This document shows positions 8,772 through 18,396 of a stretch of 64,000 nucleotides of DNA, piece by piece. The DNA is from Vicinamibacterales bacterium. Lineage in GTDB: Bacteria > Acidobacteriota > Vicinamibacteria > Vicinamibacterales > CAVVIG01. The first letter of the stretch is position 1; each line of letters begins with the position of its first letter. The notes beneath the pieces were generated by a model. It was given only the letters and a program-made list of their open reading frames with translations, had not been told where the DNA came from and did no database searches. Where the stretch lies: assembly GCA_036268855.1 (NCBI GenBank), contig DATATJ010000173.1, positions 30,237 to 94,236 of the forward strand, given 5' to 3'. The position numbers and the translations under genes are program-made.

Positions 8772-11687
8772 ATGCTCCGCGCCTTGTGTGCTGCGCTCAT
8801 GTCAGTCGTGCTCGCCGGTCCTGCGTACGCGCAGTCCACGGCGACCAACGGTGCGATCGAAGGCACCGTCCTCGACGCGTCAGGTGGCGTGCTGCCCGGC
8901 GTGACCGTGACGATTACCAATACCCAGACCGGCGCCGAGCAGACGGTCGTCACGAATGAAAAGGGCTTGTACCGCGCGCCGCTACTGCCGCTGGGCACGT
9001 ACCGGGTGGTGGCGGAGCTGCAGGGATTCAAGAAGTTCGAGCAGACCGGCATCACCTTGTCGGTCGGCCAGACGGCGCTGATCAACGTCACACTGGGCGT
9101 CGGCACGTTGAACGAGACGATCACCGTCAACGCCGACAGCCCGCTGCTCGACGCTGCACGCATCGACATCGGGCACACGATGAGCGACCAGGAAGTGCAC
9201 AACCTGCCGCTGGTCGCGCGCAACCCGTACAACTTCGCGCTCGTGCAGCCCGGCGTCACCGGGTACGAGAACGTCGAGTTCGGCGTGCCGCACCTGGCGG
9301 CCAACGGCGCGTCGATGCGCATCAACTACGAGATCGACGGCAACACCAACACGGAGAAGGACCGCGCCGGGCTGCGCCTGCTGCCGATGTCGGAAGTGAT
9401 GATCCAGGAAGTGAAAGTCGTCACCACCGGTTTCGCCCCCGAGTTCGGCCAGACGATGGGCATGGTGTACAACGCGGTGACGCCGTCGGGCACGAACACC
9501 TTCCGTGGTGAAGGCAGCTACCTGTTCCGCCGCAATCCGTTCAGCGCGTTCCCGTTCTACTTCGGTTGCGGCAGCACGACGGCGACGGCGAGCTGCCCGG
9601 ACATCGCCGCGAATGCGGCGAAGCCGCAGACCCGCACCGACAGCGGCACGGCGCTGCTGGGCGGCCCGATCATCAAGAACAAGCTGTTCTTCTATGGCGG
9701 GTGGGAGCAGACGCGGCGCGATCTGTCGTCGGGCAGCCTCATCACGGTGGATCCGTCGATCGTGGCGGCGGTCGGTGTCAAAGCGCAGCCGGCGGCGGCG
9801 CCGAACGTCCAGACCGCGAAATTCCTGATCGCCAAGTCGGACTACCAGATCGGCGAGGGGAATCGCGCGACCGTCCGGTGGGTGCGCTTCCACAACGACG
9901 CGCCGTACAACAGCGGCGGCGGCACGTCGACGCTCGAACGTGCAACCAACTTCCTCGACGCGATGGACTCGCTCGCGGGCCAGCTCGTGACCTCCGTCGG
10001 ATCGAGCAAGCTCAACGAGCTGCGCCTGCAGTACGCCCATCGGCACCAGGGCTCCGTCGCCAACAGCGATTCGGGCATCGGCCCGGCGATCACCATCTCG
10101 TCGCCGGCGATCGGATTCGGCAGCCCCGAATCGGGGACCGGCCAGGGCAACGCGGGCTTCGACTTCAAGCAGAACATCACCGAGGTGATCGACAACTTCA
10201 CGTATCTTCGGGGTGCGCACAGCTTCAAAGCGGGCTTCGACCTGCAGCACATCTACGACGAGCGCACGGCCGCGCCGCAGTTCGTCTACACCTTCCCGAC
10301 GCTGGCGTCGTACCTGGCGGCGAAGAGCGGAGCGAATCCCTTCGGCTATTCCTCGATGACCCAGATCACCGGCGATCTGGGATTCAACATGTCGACGAAC
10401 CTGTTCAGCACGTTCGTGCAGGACGACTGGCAGGTCGCGCCGACGGTGAAGGTGCTCTACGGCGTCCGGTACGATCTCTACAAGTATCCCGCGGGCCTGG
10501 CGAACGCGCCGCTGGCGCAGACGGCGGCGTTCAACACCGACAAGAACAACTTCGGACCGCGCGTCGGTGTCGCGTGGTCGGCCGACACGAAGACCGTGGT
10601 GCGCGCGAGCACGGGCATCATGTACGACCAGGCGATTCTGGGCGGTTACGAGCAGGCGCTGCAGCTGTCGGGCTCGCCCCGCGCGCCCGCATACACGTTC
10701 AGCGGCACCAGCGCCGGTGCGCCGGCGTTTCCCGCGTCGGCCGGCACCGGTGTCCTGACGCAGCAGTCGCCTTGGGCGATCGATCCCGGGTTCAACGTCG
10801 CGCACACCTGGCAGAGCAACGTGCAGGTGGAGCGGGCGTTCGGCAACGATATGACGGCGTCCGCGGGCGTGATGTACGCAAAGGGCACGCAGCTGCCGGT
10901 CGTCACCGACATCAACCTGATCAACCCCATCGGCACCCTCGCCGACGGCCGTCCGATCTACAACACGACGGCGAGCGCCGCGACGCGCCTCGATCCGCGC
11001 TTCAATCACATCCTCGAAGTGCAGTCGATCGGCGACTCGACGTTCAAGGGGATGACGCTGCAGATGTCCAAGCGGTTTGCGAAAGGGCTGTCGTTCAACG
11101 TGCAGTACGCGCTCAGCAAGGGTGTGGACGACACGCCGCTGCTCACACAGCTGACGGTGCAGTCGGAATCGGGCCGGTCCGATCCGAGCAACCTCACGCG
11201 CGACGAGGGGCCGAACCCGCTCGACATGCGGCATAACTTCACGGGCAACATCATCTACACGTCGAGCAGCGAGTCGTCGAATCCGGTGGTCCGCGGCCTG
11301 CTGAACGGCAATGAGCTCGGCATCCTGCTGCAGTTCAACAGCGGCCTGCCGCTGAACCAGCAGTCGAACCTCGATCTCAACAAGGACGGGGTGACCAGCG
11401 ATCGCCCGTTGAACGTGTCGCGCAACGCGCTGTACCTGCCGGCGCGCAAGAACGTGGACTTGCGCTATACGCGCTCGTTCCCGCTCGGCGGCTCCGTCAA
11501 GGCGCAGCTCATCGCCGAGCTCAAGAACGTGTTCAACACGCCGCAGTTGATGAACGTCACGACGACGATCACCACCGACGCGCTGGGCAACCCTTTGAGC
11601 GCGATTCCGTCCGATCCGCTGCAGTATCCGAACCCGGTCGGCTTCGAACAGCGCAAGTTCCAGTTGGGCTTCAAGGTTCGCTTCTGA
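8772..11687 (+). CDS. TonB-dependent outer-membrane receptor, Oar-like (CarboxypepD_reg N-terminal domain)
   Basis: Signal peptide MLRALCAALMSVVLAGPAYAQ, then GAIEGTVLDASGGVLPGVTVTITN...GLYRAPLLPLGTYRV. Long beta-barrel ending in a terminal F. AAGGAG at 8757-8762 favours ATG 8772 over the track's GTG 8766. Confidence 0.85.
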   Translation: MLRALCAALMSVVLAGPAYAQSTATNGAIEGTVLDASGGVLPGVTVTITNTQTGAEQTVVTNEKGLYRAPLLPLGTYRVVAELQGFKKFEQTGITLSVGQTALINVTLGVGTLNETITVNADSPLLDAARIDIGHTMSDQEVHNLPLVARNPYNFALVQPGVTGYENVEFGVPHLAANGASMRINYEIDGNTNTEKDRAGLRLLPMSEVMIQEVKVVTTGFAPEFGQTMGMVYNAVTPSGTNTFRGEGSYLFRRNPFSAFPFYFGCGSTTATASCPDIAANAAKPQTRTDSGTALLGGPIIKNKLFFYGGWEQTRRDLSSGSLITVDPSIVAAVGVKAQPAAAPNVQTAKFLIAKSDYQIGEGNRATVRWVRFHNDAPYNSGGGTSTLERATNFLDAMDSLAGQLVTSVGSSKLNELRLQYAHRHQGSVANSDSGIGPAITISSPAIGFGSPESGTGQGNAGFDFKQNITEVIDNFTYLRGAHSFKAGFDLQHIYDERTAAPQFVYTFPTLASYLAAKSGANPFGYSSMTQITGDLGFNMSTNLFSTFVQDDWQVAPTVKVLYGVRYDLYKYPAGLANAPLAQTAAFNTDKNNFGPRVGVAWSADTKTVVRASTGIMYDQAILGGYEQALQLSGSPRAPAYTFSGTSAGAPAFPASAGTGVLTQQSPWAIDPGFNVAHTWQSNVQVERAFGNDMTASAGVMYAKGTQLPVVTDINLINPIGTLADGRPIYNTTASAATRLDPRFNHILEVQSIGDSTFKGMTLQMSKRFAKGLSFNVQYALSKGVDDTPLLTQLTVQSESGRSDPSNLTRDEGPNPLDMRHNFTGNIIYTSSSESSNPVVRGLLNGNELGILLQFNSGLPLNQQSNLDLNKDGVTSDRPLNVSRNALYLPARKNVDLRYTRSFPLGGSVKAQLIAELKNVFNTPQLMNVTTTITTDALGNPLSAIPSDPLQYPNPVGFEQRKFQLGFKVRF

Positions 11688-11720
11688 CAATGCGGTCGCG
11701 GTAAGATCGACCGTCTTGAA

Positions 11721-11793
11721 CCACGAAGGGCACGAAGAACACGAAGATCCATAATGGATTTTCGGAGTCTTCGTGCCTTTCGTGTGTTCGTGG
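11721..11793. repeat. REP-like hairpin: three CACGAAG units, loop, three (C/T/G)TTCGTG units
   Basis: Left arm CCACGAAGGGCACGAAGAACACGAAGATCC (11721-11750). Right arm TCTTCGTGCCTTTCGTGTGTTCGTGG (11768-11793). Intergenic between the receptor stop and the PIG-L gene start. Confidence 0.75.
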
Positions 11794-11801
11794 TGATCAA
11801 C

Positions 11802-14654
11802 ATGTCCAAGCCGCTCCGTCGTTTCGCCCTGGCCGCCAGCCTCATCGCGGCCGCGTCGCTCACCCTGCCCGCTCAGATGCGCGTCGTGCCGCTCGACGAC
11901 GAGCAGGGGCACGTCGCGCTCGGTCTGGCGCTGCGGCACCTCTCCAACGTCGGCATCTTCATGCACACCACCGCGCACCCCGACGACGAGAACAACGCGC
12001 TGCTGGTGATGCTCAACCGGGGACAGGGATTCCGCACGGCCCTGGCGACGGCCACGCGCGGGAACGGCGGCCAGAACGAGATCGGCCCGGAGATTTTCGA
12101 AGCGCTCGGCGTGCTGCGAACCGGCGAGCTCGCCGCGCTGCACCGCTTCGACGGCGCCGAGCAGTACTTCACTCGCGCGGTCGATTTCGGCTATTCGTTC
12201 GGCATCGACGAAACGTTTGAAAAGTGGGGCCGCACCGAGATCACCTCCGACTACGTGCGCTTGATCCGGATGATTCGCCCCGACGTCGTGATCGCCCTCC
12301 CGCCGACGGGCAACGCGGGCGGCCAGCATCACATGGCCTCGTCCGTGATCACGCACGATGCGGTGAAGCTGGCAGGCGACGCGACGAAGTTCCCCGAGCA
12401 GATCAAGGACGGCCTGCACGCGTGGCAGCCGAAGAAGTTCTACGAGAGCGCCGGCTTCGGCTTTCCGGGTGAGCCGCAGACGCCCGGTCCTCTGACGCGC
12501 GTCAACAGCTCCATCTACGACCCGCTGCTCGGCAAGACGTACACGGAAATCGGCATCGAGGCGCGCAGTATGCACAAGTGCCAGGGCATGGGCCAGCTGC
12601 TGGCGCTGCCCGGTACCACCGGCACCGCGAGCTACCGCCTCGTGGAATCGACCTTGCCCGCGCAGGCCGCGGAGGAGAAGTCGCTGTTCGACGGCATCGA
12701 CACCACCGTCGCGGGCCTGGCGAAGTTCGTTCCCGGCAAGCCGCCGAAGGAGCTGACGGAAGGCCTCACTGCTATCACCGGCGCCGTCCTCGCCTCGCAG
12801 AAGGCGTTCGACACGCAGAACGACGAAGCCACGTTGCCGCACCTGATCAACGGCCTCCGCGCCGTGCGGACGCTGCGCCGCCAGCTGCGCACCCTCAACA
12901 TCGACGACGCCGCGAAATTCGAGATCGATTTCCGTCTGCGCCAGAAGGAAGGCGAGTTCCAGAAGGCGGCGATTCTCGCCAATGGCATCACCGTGGACGT
13001 GCTGGCTGACGACGGGATCGTCGTGCCCGGGCAGCCGGTGAAGGTCAACGTCATCGTCGCCAACCACGGCGCCGCGGAGGTCGTGATCAAGCAGGTGAAG
13101 ATCGGCGGCTTCGAAGGCGACGCGACGTGCTCGATGGTGGCGTTCACGGCGAGCCCGTTCGGTTTCCCGGTCGGGCGCGGGCGCGGCGCCGAGGCGCCAG
13201 CCGCGGCGATGTCCACGTTGAGAAAAGATCAGACGGCCCACTGCGAGCCGGCGCTGACGATTCCCGCCGCCGAGCGGATTACAGAACCGTACTGGCACCG
13301 CAAGGATTTCGGGGGCCGCTACACGTTCGACGATGATGCGCCGTTCGGGCTGCCGTTCCGGCCGACGCCGTTTTATGCACAGGTGACGCTGGGCCTGCCG
13401 GGCGGCGAGGAGATCATCGACGGCCTGCCGGTGCAGCACCGCTATCAGGGCAACATCTTCAGCGGCGAAAAACGGACCGACCTGCTCGTGGTGCCGGCGC
13501 TGTCTGTGCGAGTCTCGCCGGAGATCGCCATCGTGCCGGCCGACGCCGTTCGGCCAGCGGCCGCGCCGACGACGACAAAGTCGACCCGCACGGCGGCTGG
13601 CCGCGGGCGCGGGGCCGCGGCTGCCGCCGCGTCGGCTCCGGCCAAGAACGCTCCGTCGCCGACGCGCGAGATCCGCGTCACCGTCGTCAACGACACGAAC
13701 GGCCCGAAGGAGAGTTCGGTGAAGCTCCAGATGCCGGCCGGGTGGACCGCGGCGCCGCCGCAGCAGTCCGTGAGCTTCACCCGCGCGGACGAGTCGCTGA
13801 CCGTGCGGTTCGTGGTCAAGCCGAGCCCCGTCGCGACGCCGGGCGCCTATCGGGTGCAGGCCGTCGCGACATCCGGATCGCAGTCCTTCGATCGCGGCTA
13901 CGAGGTGATCGAGTACCCGCACATCAGCCGCTATCACATCTACGACAGCGCGGACACCACGCTGAAGATTCTCGACGTCAAGACGGCCCCGAATCTGGTG
14001 GTGGGCTACGTGATGGGGGTTGGCGATCAGGTGCCGTCCGCCATCGAGCAGCTCGGCGCCAAAGTCGAGATGATCAGCGCGGACGACCTGGCGTGGGGCA
14101 ACCTGTCGCGCTTCGACGTGATCGTCACCGGCGTCCGCGCGTACGAGCGGCGCGAGGATCTGCGCGCGAACAACTCGCGCCTGCTGGACTATGTGAAGAA
14201 CGGCGGCTTGATGATCGTGCAGTACAACAAGTTCGAGTTCAACGACGCGCAGTACGGGCCGTACCCGGCGAAGGTGAGCGCGAATCGCATCACGGACGAG
14301 GGCGCGCCAGTCAAGGTGCTCGAGCCGGAGAACAAAGTGTTTACGCAGCCGAACCGGATCCAGCCGTCGGCCTGGAACGGCTGGGTGCAGGAGCGCGGAC
14401 TCTACTTCCTTGGCGAAAAAGATTCGCGCTACAAGGATCTGCTGGAGATGGAAGATCAGTTCCCGTACAACAAGGGCGTCAAGGACGGGGCGCTGGTGGA
14501 AGCGACCTACGGCAAGGGCAAGTGGATCTACGTCGGGCTGAACTTCTGGCGGCAGCTACCCGAGGGCACCGACGGCGCGTATCAACTGTTCGCGAATCTG
14601 CTGAGCGTGGGCAAGACGACGGCGCCGGTAGTGCCGGCGATCAAGGGAAAGTAG
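11802..14654 (+). CDS. large secreted PIG-L/LmbE-family deacetylase, multidomain
   Basis: Start chosen at MSKPLRRFALAASLIAAASLTLPAQ (signal peptide). LmbE signature HTTAHPDDENNALLVML. C-terminal block FDVIVTGVRAYE...GGLMIVQYN looks like a class-I glutamine-amidotransferase-like fold (inference). Confidence 0.75.
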   Translation: MSKPLRRFALAASLIAAASLTLPAQMRVVPLDDEQGHVALGLALRHLSNVGIFMHTTAHPDDENNALLVMLNRGQGFRTALATATRGNGGQNEIGPEIFEALGVLRTGELAALHRFDGAEQYFTRAVDFGYSFGIDETFEKWGRTEITSDYVRLIRMIRPDVVIALPPTGNAGGQHHMASSVITHDAVKLAGDATKFPEQIKDGLHAWQPKKFYESAGFGFPGEPQTPGPLTRVNSSIYDPLLGKTYTEIGIEARSMHKCQGMGQLLALPGTTGTASYRLVESTLPAQAAEEKSLFDGIDTTVAGLAKFVPGKPPKELTEGLTAITGAVLASQKAFDTQNDEATLPHLINGLRAVRTLRRQLRTLNIDDAAKFEIDFRLRQKEGEFQKAAILANGITVDVLADDGIVVPGQPVKVNVIVANHGAAEVVIKQVKIGGFEGDATCSMVAFTASPFGFPVGRGRGAEAPAAAMSTLRKDQTAHCEPALTIPAAERITEPYWHRKDFGGRYTFDDDAPFGLPFRPTPFYAQVTLGLPGGEEIIDGLPVQHRYQGNIFSGEKRTDLLVVPALSVRVSPEIAIVPADAVRPAAAPTTTKSTRTAAGRGRGAAAAAASAPAKNAPSPTREIRVTVVNDTNGPKESSVKLQMPAGWTAAPPQQSVSFTRADESLTVRFVVKPSPVATPGAYRVQAVATSGSQSFDRGYEVIEYPHISRYHIYDSADTTLKILDVKTAPNLVVGYVMGVGDQVPSAIEQLGAKVEMISADDLAWGNLSRFDVIVTGVRAYERREDLRANNSRLLDYVKNGGLMIVQYNKFEFNDAQYGPYPAKVSANRITDEGAPVKVLEPENKVFTQPNRIQPSAWNGWVQERGLYFLGEKDSRYKDLLEMEDQFPYNKGVKDGALVEATYGKGKWIYVGLNFWRQLPEGTDGAYQLFANLLSVGKTTAPVVPAIKGK

Positions 14655-14707
14655 GAATCGCGAATTGCTTATTGCAAATTGCCTATTGCAATTGTGCAAA
14701 TTGCCGA
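14655..14707. repeat. AT-rich array of (A/T)ATTGC heptamers with nested palindromes at a convergent gene junction; probable bidirectional terminator
   Basis: GAATCGCGAATTGCTTATTGCAAATTGCCTATTGCAATTGTGCAAATTGCCGATTA. AATTGC...GCAATT and TTGCA-ATTG-TGCAA pairings are possible. Confidence 0.5.
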
Positions 14708-15103
14708 TTACGGGCCCTTCTTGATGACCCGAACGCGCATCGTCCTGCGGCCGAAGTGGACGGCGCCGGCGCAGCTGGGCATGAAGATGTCGACCGTTCG
14801 CCCCTTCACTGCACTACCTGTATCCATCACCGTGTAAATTCCACCGTACTGTCGAGGTGGACCGATGATGCGGAGGACGGTGCCGAGGGGCAGGAAACGG
14901 GGGTCAGCCGCGACGATGCCTGGCTGGGCGTCGACGCCAGATTTCGTGGTGCCACGCTGGCAATAGGCCGTGGCGACCACCCGCATCGTGCCGTCTGATT
15001 GGGACTTGGGGGTTTCCGACGACTCTGCTGCCGTCGCCATCAAGCATGGGCTGAGGAGCAGGCAGAGAACGGATGAGCCGACAATCCGCGAGAGACTGGG
15101 CAC
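14708..15103 (-). CDS. 3D-domain (MltA/YabE-like) secreted protein
   Basis: 131 aa. Signal peptide, then VVATAYC...TKSGV...GIVAADPRFLPLGT...DTGSAVKGRTVDIF, which fits the 3D domain. Confidence 0.7.
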   Translation of the reverse strand: MPSLSRIVGSSVLCLLLSPCLMATAAESSETPKSQSDGTMRVVATAYCQRGTTKSGVDAQPGIVAADPRFLPLGTVLRIIGPPRQYGGIYTVMDTGSAVKGRTVDIFMPSCAGAVHFGRRTMRVRVIKKGP

Positions 15104-15115
15104 CCAAGGGACGGT

Positions 15116-15643
15116 TCAAGGCTCATGCCGGGGACGCGATGGCCGGCTCAGCCAGATGAAGAAGGCGATCAGGAACGCGGCTGGGATGAACGGCCCCCAC
15201 CATTCGCGCAGGCCGAACGCCGACAGCGCTCCCGACCCGAGCTTCACCAGCAGCATCAGCGCGCTCGCCCAGGCAAACGCGCTCAGCGTGTTGAGCGCGC
15301 TGAATTTCAGCGGACGCACGTTCGCGTACGCGCAGGCCACCGGGATTGCCGTCCGCAGACCGGGAAGAAATCGGCTGGCCAGGATGATCAGCCCTTCGTG
15401 CGCGTGCACATGTGCGCTGACGCGATCCCGGTATTTCGCGATCTTCGGATAGCGATTGAGCCATTCCACGCGGCCGCGCAGCACATAAAACCAGAGCTGA
15501 TCGCCGGTTGCGCCGCCGAGGGCGCCGGCAATCAGCACGGGGATCCAGTGGAGTCGGCCGCTGATCGCGAGCCCGCACGCGCTGATGTAGTAGATCTCGC
15601 CCTCGAGAATGGCGGCGATGTAGATCGGCAGGTAGACGAACAT
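15116..15643 (-). CDS. DedA/VTT-family membrane protein
   Basis: 175 aa, multi-TM. Contains the GDQLWFYVLRG and ASRFLPGLRT motifs of the DedA family. Its ATG overlaps the upstream TAA by 1 nt (TAATG). Confidence 0.8.
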   Translation of the reverse strand: MFVYLPIYIAAILEGEIYYISACGLAISGRLHWIPVLIAGALGGATGDQLWFYVLRGRVEWLNRYPKIAKYRDRVSAHVHAHEGLIILASRFLPGLRTAIPVACAYANVRPLKFSALNTLSAFAWASALMLLVKLGSGALSAFGLREWWGPFIPAAFLIAFFIWLSRPSRPRHEP

Positions 15644-16887
15644 TACGTGGCGAGCACGTCGCGCACGGTGGCGGCGACGCGATCGACCTGTTCGCGGGTC
15701 AATCCCGCGTAGATCGGAATCTGCATCGCCTGTGCCGCCCGGCGCGCGCCGTCTGCCTGTGCGGTGGCTCCCTGAAACAGCTCCATGTCCGGCGGCACGT
15801 CCACGTGCAGCGTCTCCACGTCGATACCGCGCCGGACGCAGCGGACGACGAGGTCGTCGCGCTTCGGGCCGTCCGGCCCGTACACGCAGTACTGGTAGTA
15901 GACGTGCGTGCGATCCGGCGGCACCTGCGGCACCTTGACGCCGGGAACCTCACCGAGCACGGCGTCCACGCGGCGCGCATTGTCCTGCACCTGCGCAGTC
16001 CATCCGTCGAGGCGCTTCAGCGCGGCGAGGCCGATGGCCGCCTGCACGTTCGGAAAGCGCTCCGTGTACTGATCCGGCAGCGGGTGCAGCGATCGGATCT
16101 TCTCCCAGAGGAACACGTCGGGGTTCGCGTCGATGAGCGCGGAGACCCAGAGCACCGGAAACAGCGAAATCGAAAAGACCCACGGCTTGATGAAGATGCG
16201 CTGCAGGCGCCCCGTCAGCAGGCGGTCGCGGACGCGCTTCTCGCTCGGCCATGGCCGCACGTCGACAATCGCGCGCACCTTCGCCGCGACGCCGGCGTCA
16301 TGTACCAGCGCCATCCCTCCGCCGTAGCAGTTGAGCGGCTTCAGGGTCTGAAAGCTGAACAGCGCGCCGGTGCCGAACGTACCGACGGGCCGGCCCTTGA
16401 ACGTGGCGCCGAGCGCGTGCGCACAATCCTCGATGACGACGAGATTGTGGCGCGCGGCGATGTCCAGGATGCGGTCCATGTCGCACGGCAGCCCGTACAG
16501 GTGCGTCGGCACGATCGCGCGGGTCTTGTCGGTGATCAGGCGCTCGACCGAGTCCGGATCCAGGTTGAACGTCGCCGGATCGACGTCGGCGAAGACGACC
16601 GTGAGGCCTGCGACGCGGGCCAGCTCGGGGACGACCCAGAACGTCAGGGAGGGAAAGATGATCTCGGACCCGGCCGGGAGATCCAGCGCCTTCAGGATGT
16701 AGTAGAACGCGATGCGCCCGTACGCCGCGGAGATCGCCGTGCCGCGGCCGGCGCGCTGCTCGAACGCGCGCTCGAACTCGGCAATCTCGGGTCCCTGGAT
16801 GAATTCGCCGCGCGCCTTGAGACGCGCGACGATCTCTTCGGTCTCGGGCAGGACTCGCGCGCCGTAGCGCGAGATGGCGGTCAGCAT
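15643..16887 (-). CDS. DegT/DnrJ/EryC1/StrS-family PLP aminotransferase
   Basis: 414 aa. Contains GSEIIFPSLTFWVVPE, VVIEDCAHALGA and FSFQTLKPLNCYGGG (candidate PLP lysine). Confidence 0.85.
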   Translation of the reverse strand: MLTAISRYGARVLPETEEIVARLKARGEFIQGPEIAEFERAFEQRAGRGTAISAAYGRIAFYYILKALDLPAGSEIIFPSLTFWVVPELARVAGLTVVFADVDPATFNLDPDSVERLITDKTRAIVPTHLYGLPCDMDRILDIAARHNLVVIEDCAHALGATFKGRPVGTFGTGALFSFQTLKPLNCYGGGMALVHDAGVAAKVRAIVDVRPWPSEKRVRDRLLTGRLQRIFIKPWVFSISLFPVLWVSALIDANPDVFLWEKIRSLHPLPDQYTERFPNVQAAIGLAALKRLDGWTAQVQDNARRVDAVLGEVPGVKVPQVPPDRTHVYYQYCVYGPDGPKRDDLVVRCVRRGIDVETLHVDVPPDMELFQGATAQADGARRAAQAMQIPIYAGLTREQVDRVAATVRDVLAT

Positions 16888-16986
16888 CGATCGAAGCGTA
16901 CTACGAGACCACGAATCACGCTCGACGCAGAAGCCGCGGATCGAACACCGCGCGCCGCGTGTTCCGCGTCGAGTGCCGCGCCGGTT

Positions 16987-18396
16987 TCAGCAGGCCACGG
17001 GGCGCGAGATGTCGGCGATCTCCTCGCGCGAATGGCGATCGTTCACGCGCCGGTCCATCCGGCTCACCCACTCGCGGACGCCGGTGTTCTGAATCTTGAG
17101 GAAGTTCGCCAGGTACGACGGCCGCATATAAAATCTCTTGTACGCGGCGCCGAGCAGGAATTTCAGCTCGTGATTCGTCAGGTTCGGGTGCTTGAACGTC
17201 GGGCTGAACCCATCGAACTGCTCCCAGTCGGTCTCGGTGAGCAGCGGTTCGATCTGCTTGAACATCGGCGTGCCCGGATACGGCGTCAGCATCTTGAACT
17301 GCGCGAACGTCGATCCGAGATCGGTCGCGTAATCGATGGTCGCCGCGATCGAGCTCCAGTCGTCCTGCAGGAAGCCGAGCACATAGAAGGCCGCCGTGAC
17401 GATGCCGAGCTTGCGGCAGTGGCCGATGATCTCGCGCTGGTGCGCCTGCGGAATCGGGCGCCGTCCCGACTTCTTGAGAATCGCCGGGTCGAGCGATTCG
17501 ACGCCGAAGCTCATCGCGCGGAAGCCCGCTTTGTAGAGCATGTCGAGCAGCTCCACGTCGAGCCGATCCAGCCGCGTTTCGGCCTCGAACGTCAGCGAGA
17601 GGCCGCGCCGGCCAATCTCTTCGCACAACTCCACGACGCGATCGCGCTGCTCGGTGAAGAGCGGGTCGCGGAAGATCACGTACGGCCGCTTGACCTGGTC
17701 GCAGAGCCGCTCCATCTCGTCCACGATGTTCGTGATCGACCGCACGCGGTAGCCGGCGAGAATGCGATGGGGGCAGTACGTGCAGAACTCCGGGCAGCCG
17801 CGGCTCGCCAGCAGCGGATACCCGCCGCCGATGGGGCGCGACGACCACTTGATGCCGGTCTTGAACGCGCGCCCTTCGGTGACCAGGTCCCACCGCGGAA
17901 ACGGCAGCGAGTCGAGATCGTTGATCTGCTCGCTGACGACGATGCCCGACGGGATTTCGCCCTGCGCCAGGCGCATCACCGCGCCTTCGGGCTCGCCGTT
18001 GAGGATGAAATCGCAGTGGCCGGCAAACAGCTCCGGCATCTTCGAGGCCGTGATGCCGATGAAGCCGACTTTCACGCCGCGGGCGCGCATCATGTCGGCC
18101 CACGCCGTTTCGGCCTTGTAGTCCACCAGCGACGACAGGACAAGGGCGACGTCGCCGTCCACGGCCTCGCCGCGCGTCCACTTCACCTCGTGGTTGGCGC
18201 GCGCGAGAATCGCCGCGATGTACGCCATGTGGACGCTGGGCACGTCGTGATATTTTTTCTTGAGATACGCCATCACGGCGGTGACGCGCGAGAACGGATT
18301 GAGCCGCGACCCGTATCCGCCGACCACCGTGTCTTTACTGACGAATCCTCGATCCGACTTCAAATCTGCGAGCACGACTCGCATGGGCCACCTCAA
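16987..18396 (-). CDS. B12-binding-domain radical SAM protein (class B)
   Basis: 469 aa. N-terminal flavodoxin-like/B12-like region. CxxxCxxC cluster motif in ASRGCPEFCTYCPH. The start may instead be ATG 18384 (MRVVLADLK). Confidence 0.85.
   Translation of the reverse strand: MRWPMRVVLADLKSDRGFVSKDTVVGGYGSRLNPFSRVTAVMAYLKKKYHDVPSVHMAYIAAILARANHEVKWTRGEAVDGDVALVLSSLVDYKAETAWADMMRARGVKVGFIGITASKMPELFAGHCDFILNGEPEGAVMRLAQGEIPSGIVVSEQINDLDSLPFPRWDLVTEGRAFKTGIKWSSRPIGGGYPLLASRGCPEFCTYCPHRILAGYRVRSITNIVDEMERLCDQVKRPYVIFRDPLFTEQRDRVVELCEEIGRRGLSLTFEAETRLDRLDVELLDMLYKAGFRAMSFGVESLDPAILKKSGRRPIPQAHQREIIGHCRKLGIVTAAFYVLGFLQDDWSSIAATIDYATDLGSTFAQFKMLTPYPGTPMFKQIEPLLTETDWEQFDGFSPTFKHPNLTNHELKFLLGAAYKRFYMRPSYLANFLKIQNTGVREWVSRMDRRVNDRHSREEIADISRPVAC

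Noticed and set aside
8982-13937. 1651-aa ORF on the minus strand spanning the receptor and PIG-L genes.
   Set aside because: Its translation is Arg/Ala/Gly-rich low complexity with no motifs. It is antisense to two plus-strand genes that have clear domains, signal peptides and an SD. This is a typical shadow ORF of a high-GC genome.
16987-18396. Assigning the B12-radical-SAM protein to a named enzyme (hopanoid methylase HpnP/HpnR, HpnJ, or a membrane-spanning-lipid synthase).
   Set aside because: Only the generic class B features are visible. The N-terminus does not resemble the HpnJ sequence as I remember it, and no hopanoid or lipid genes are adjacent. Naming it would be guesswork without HMM or phylogenetic evidence.
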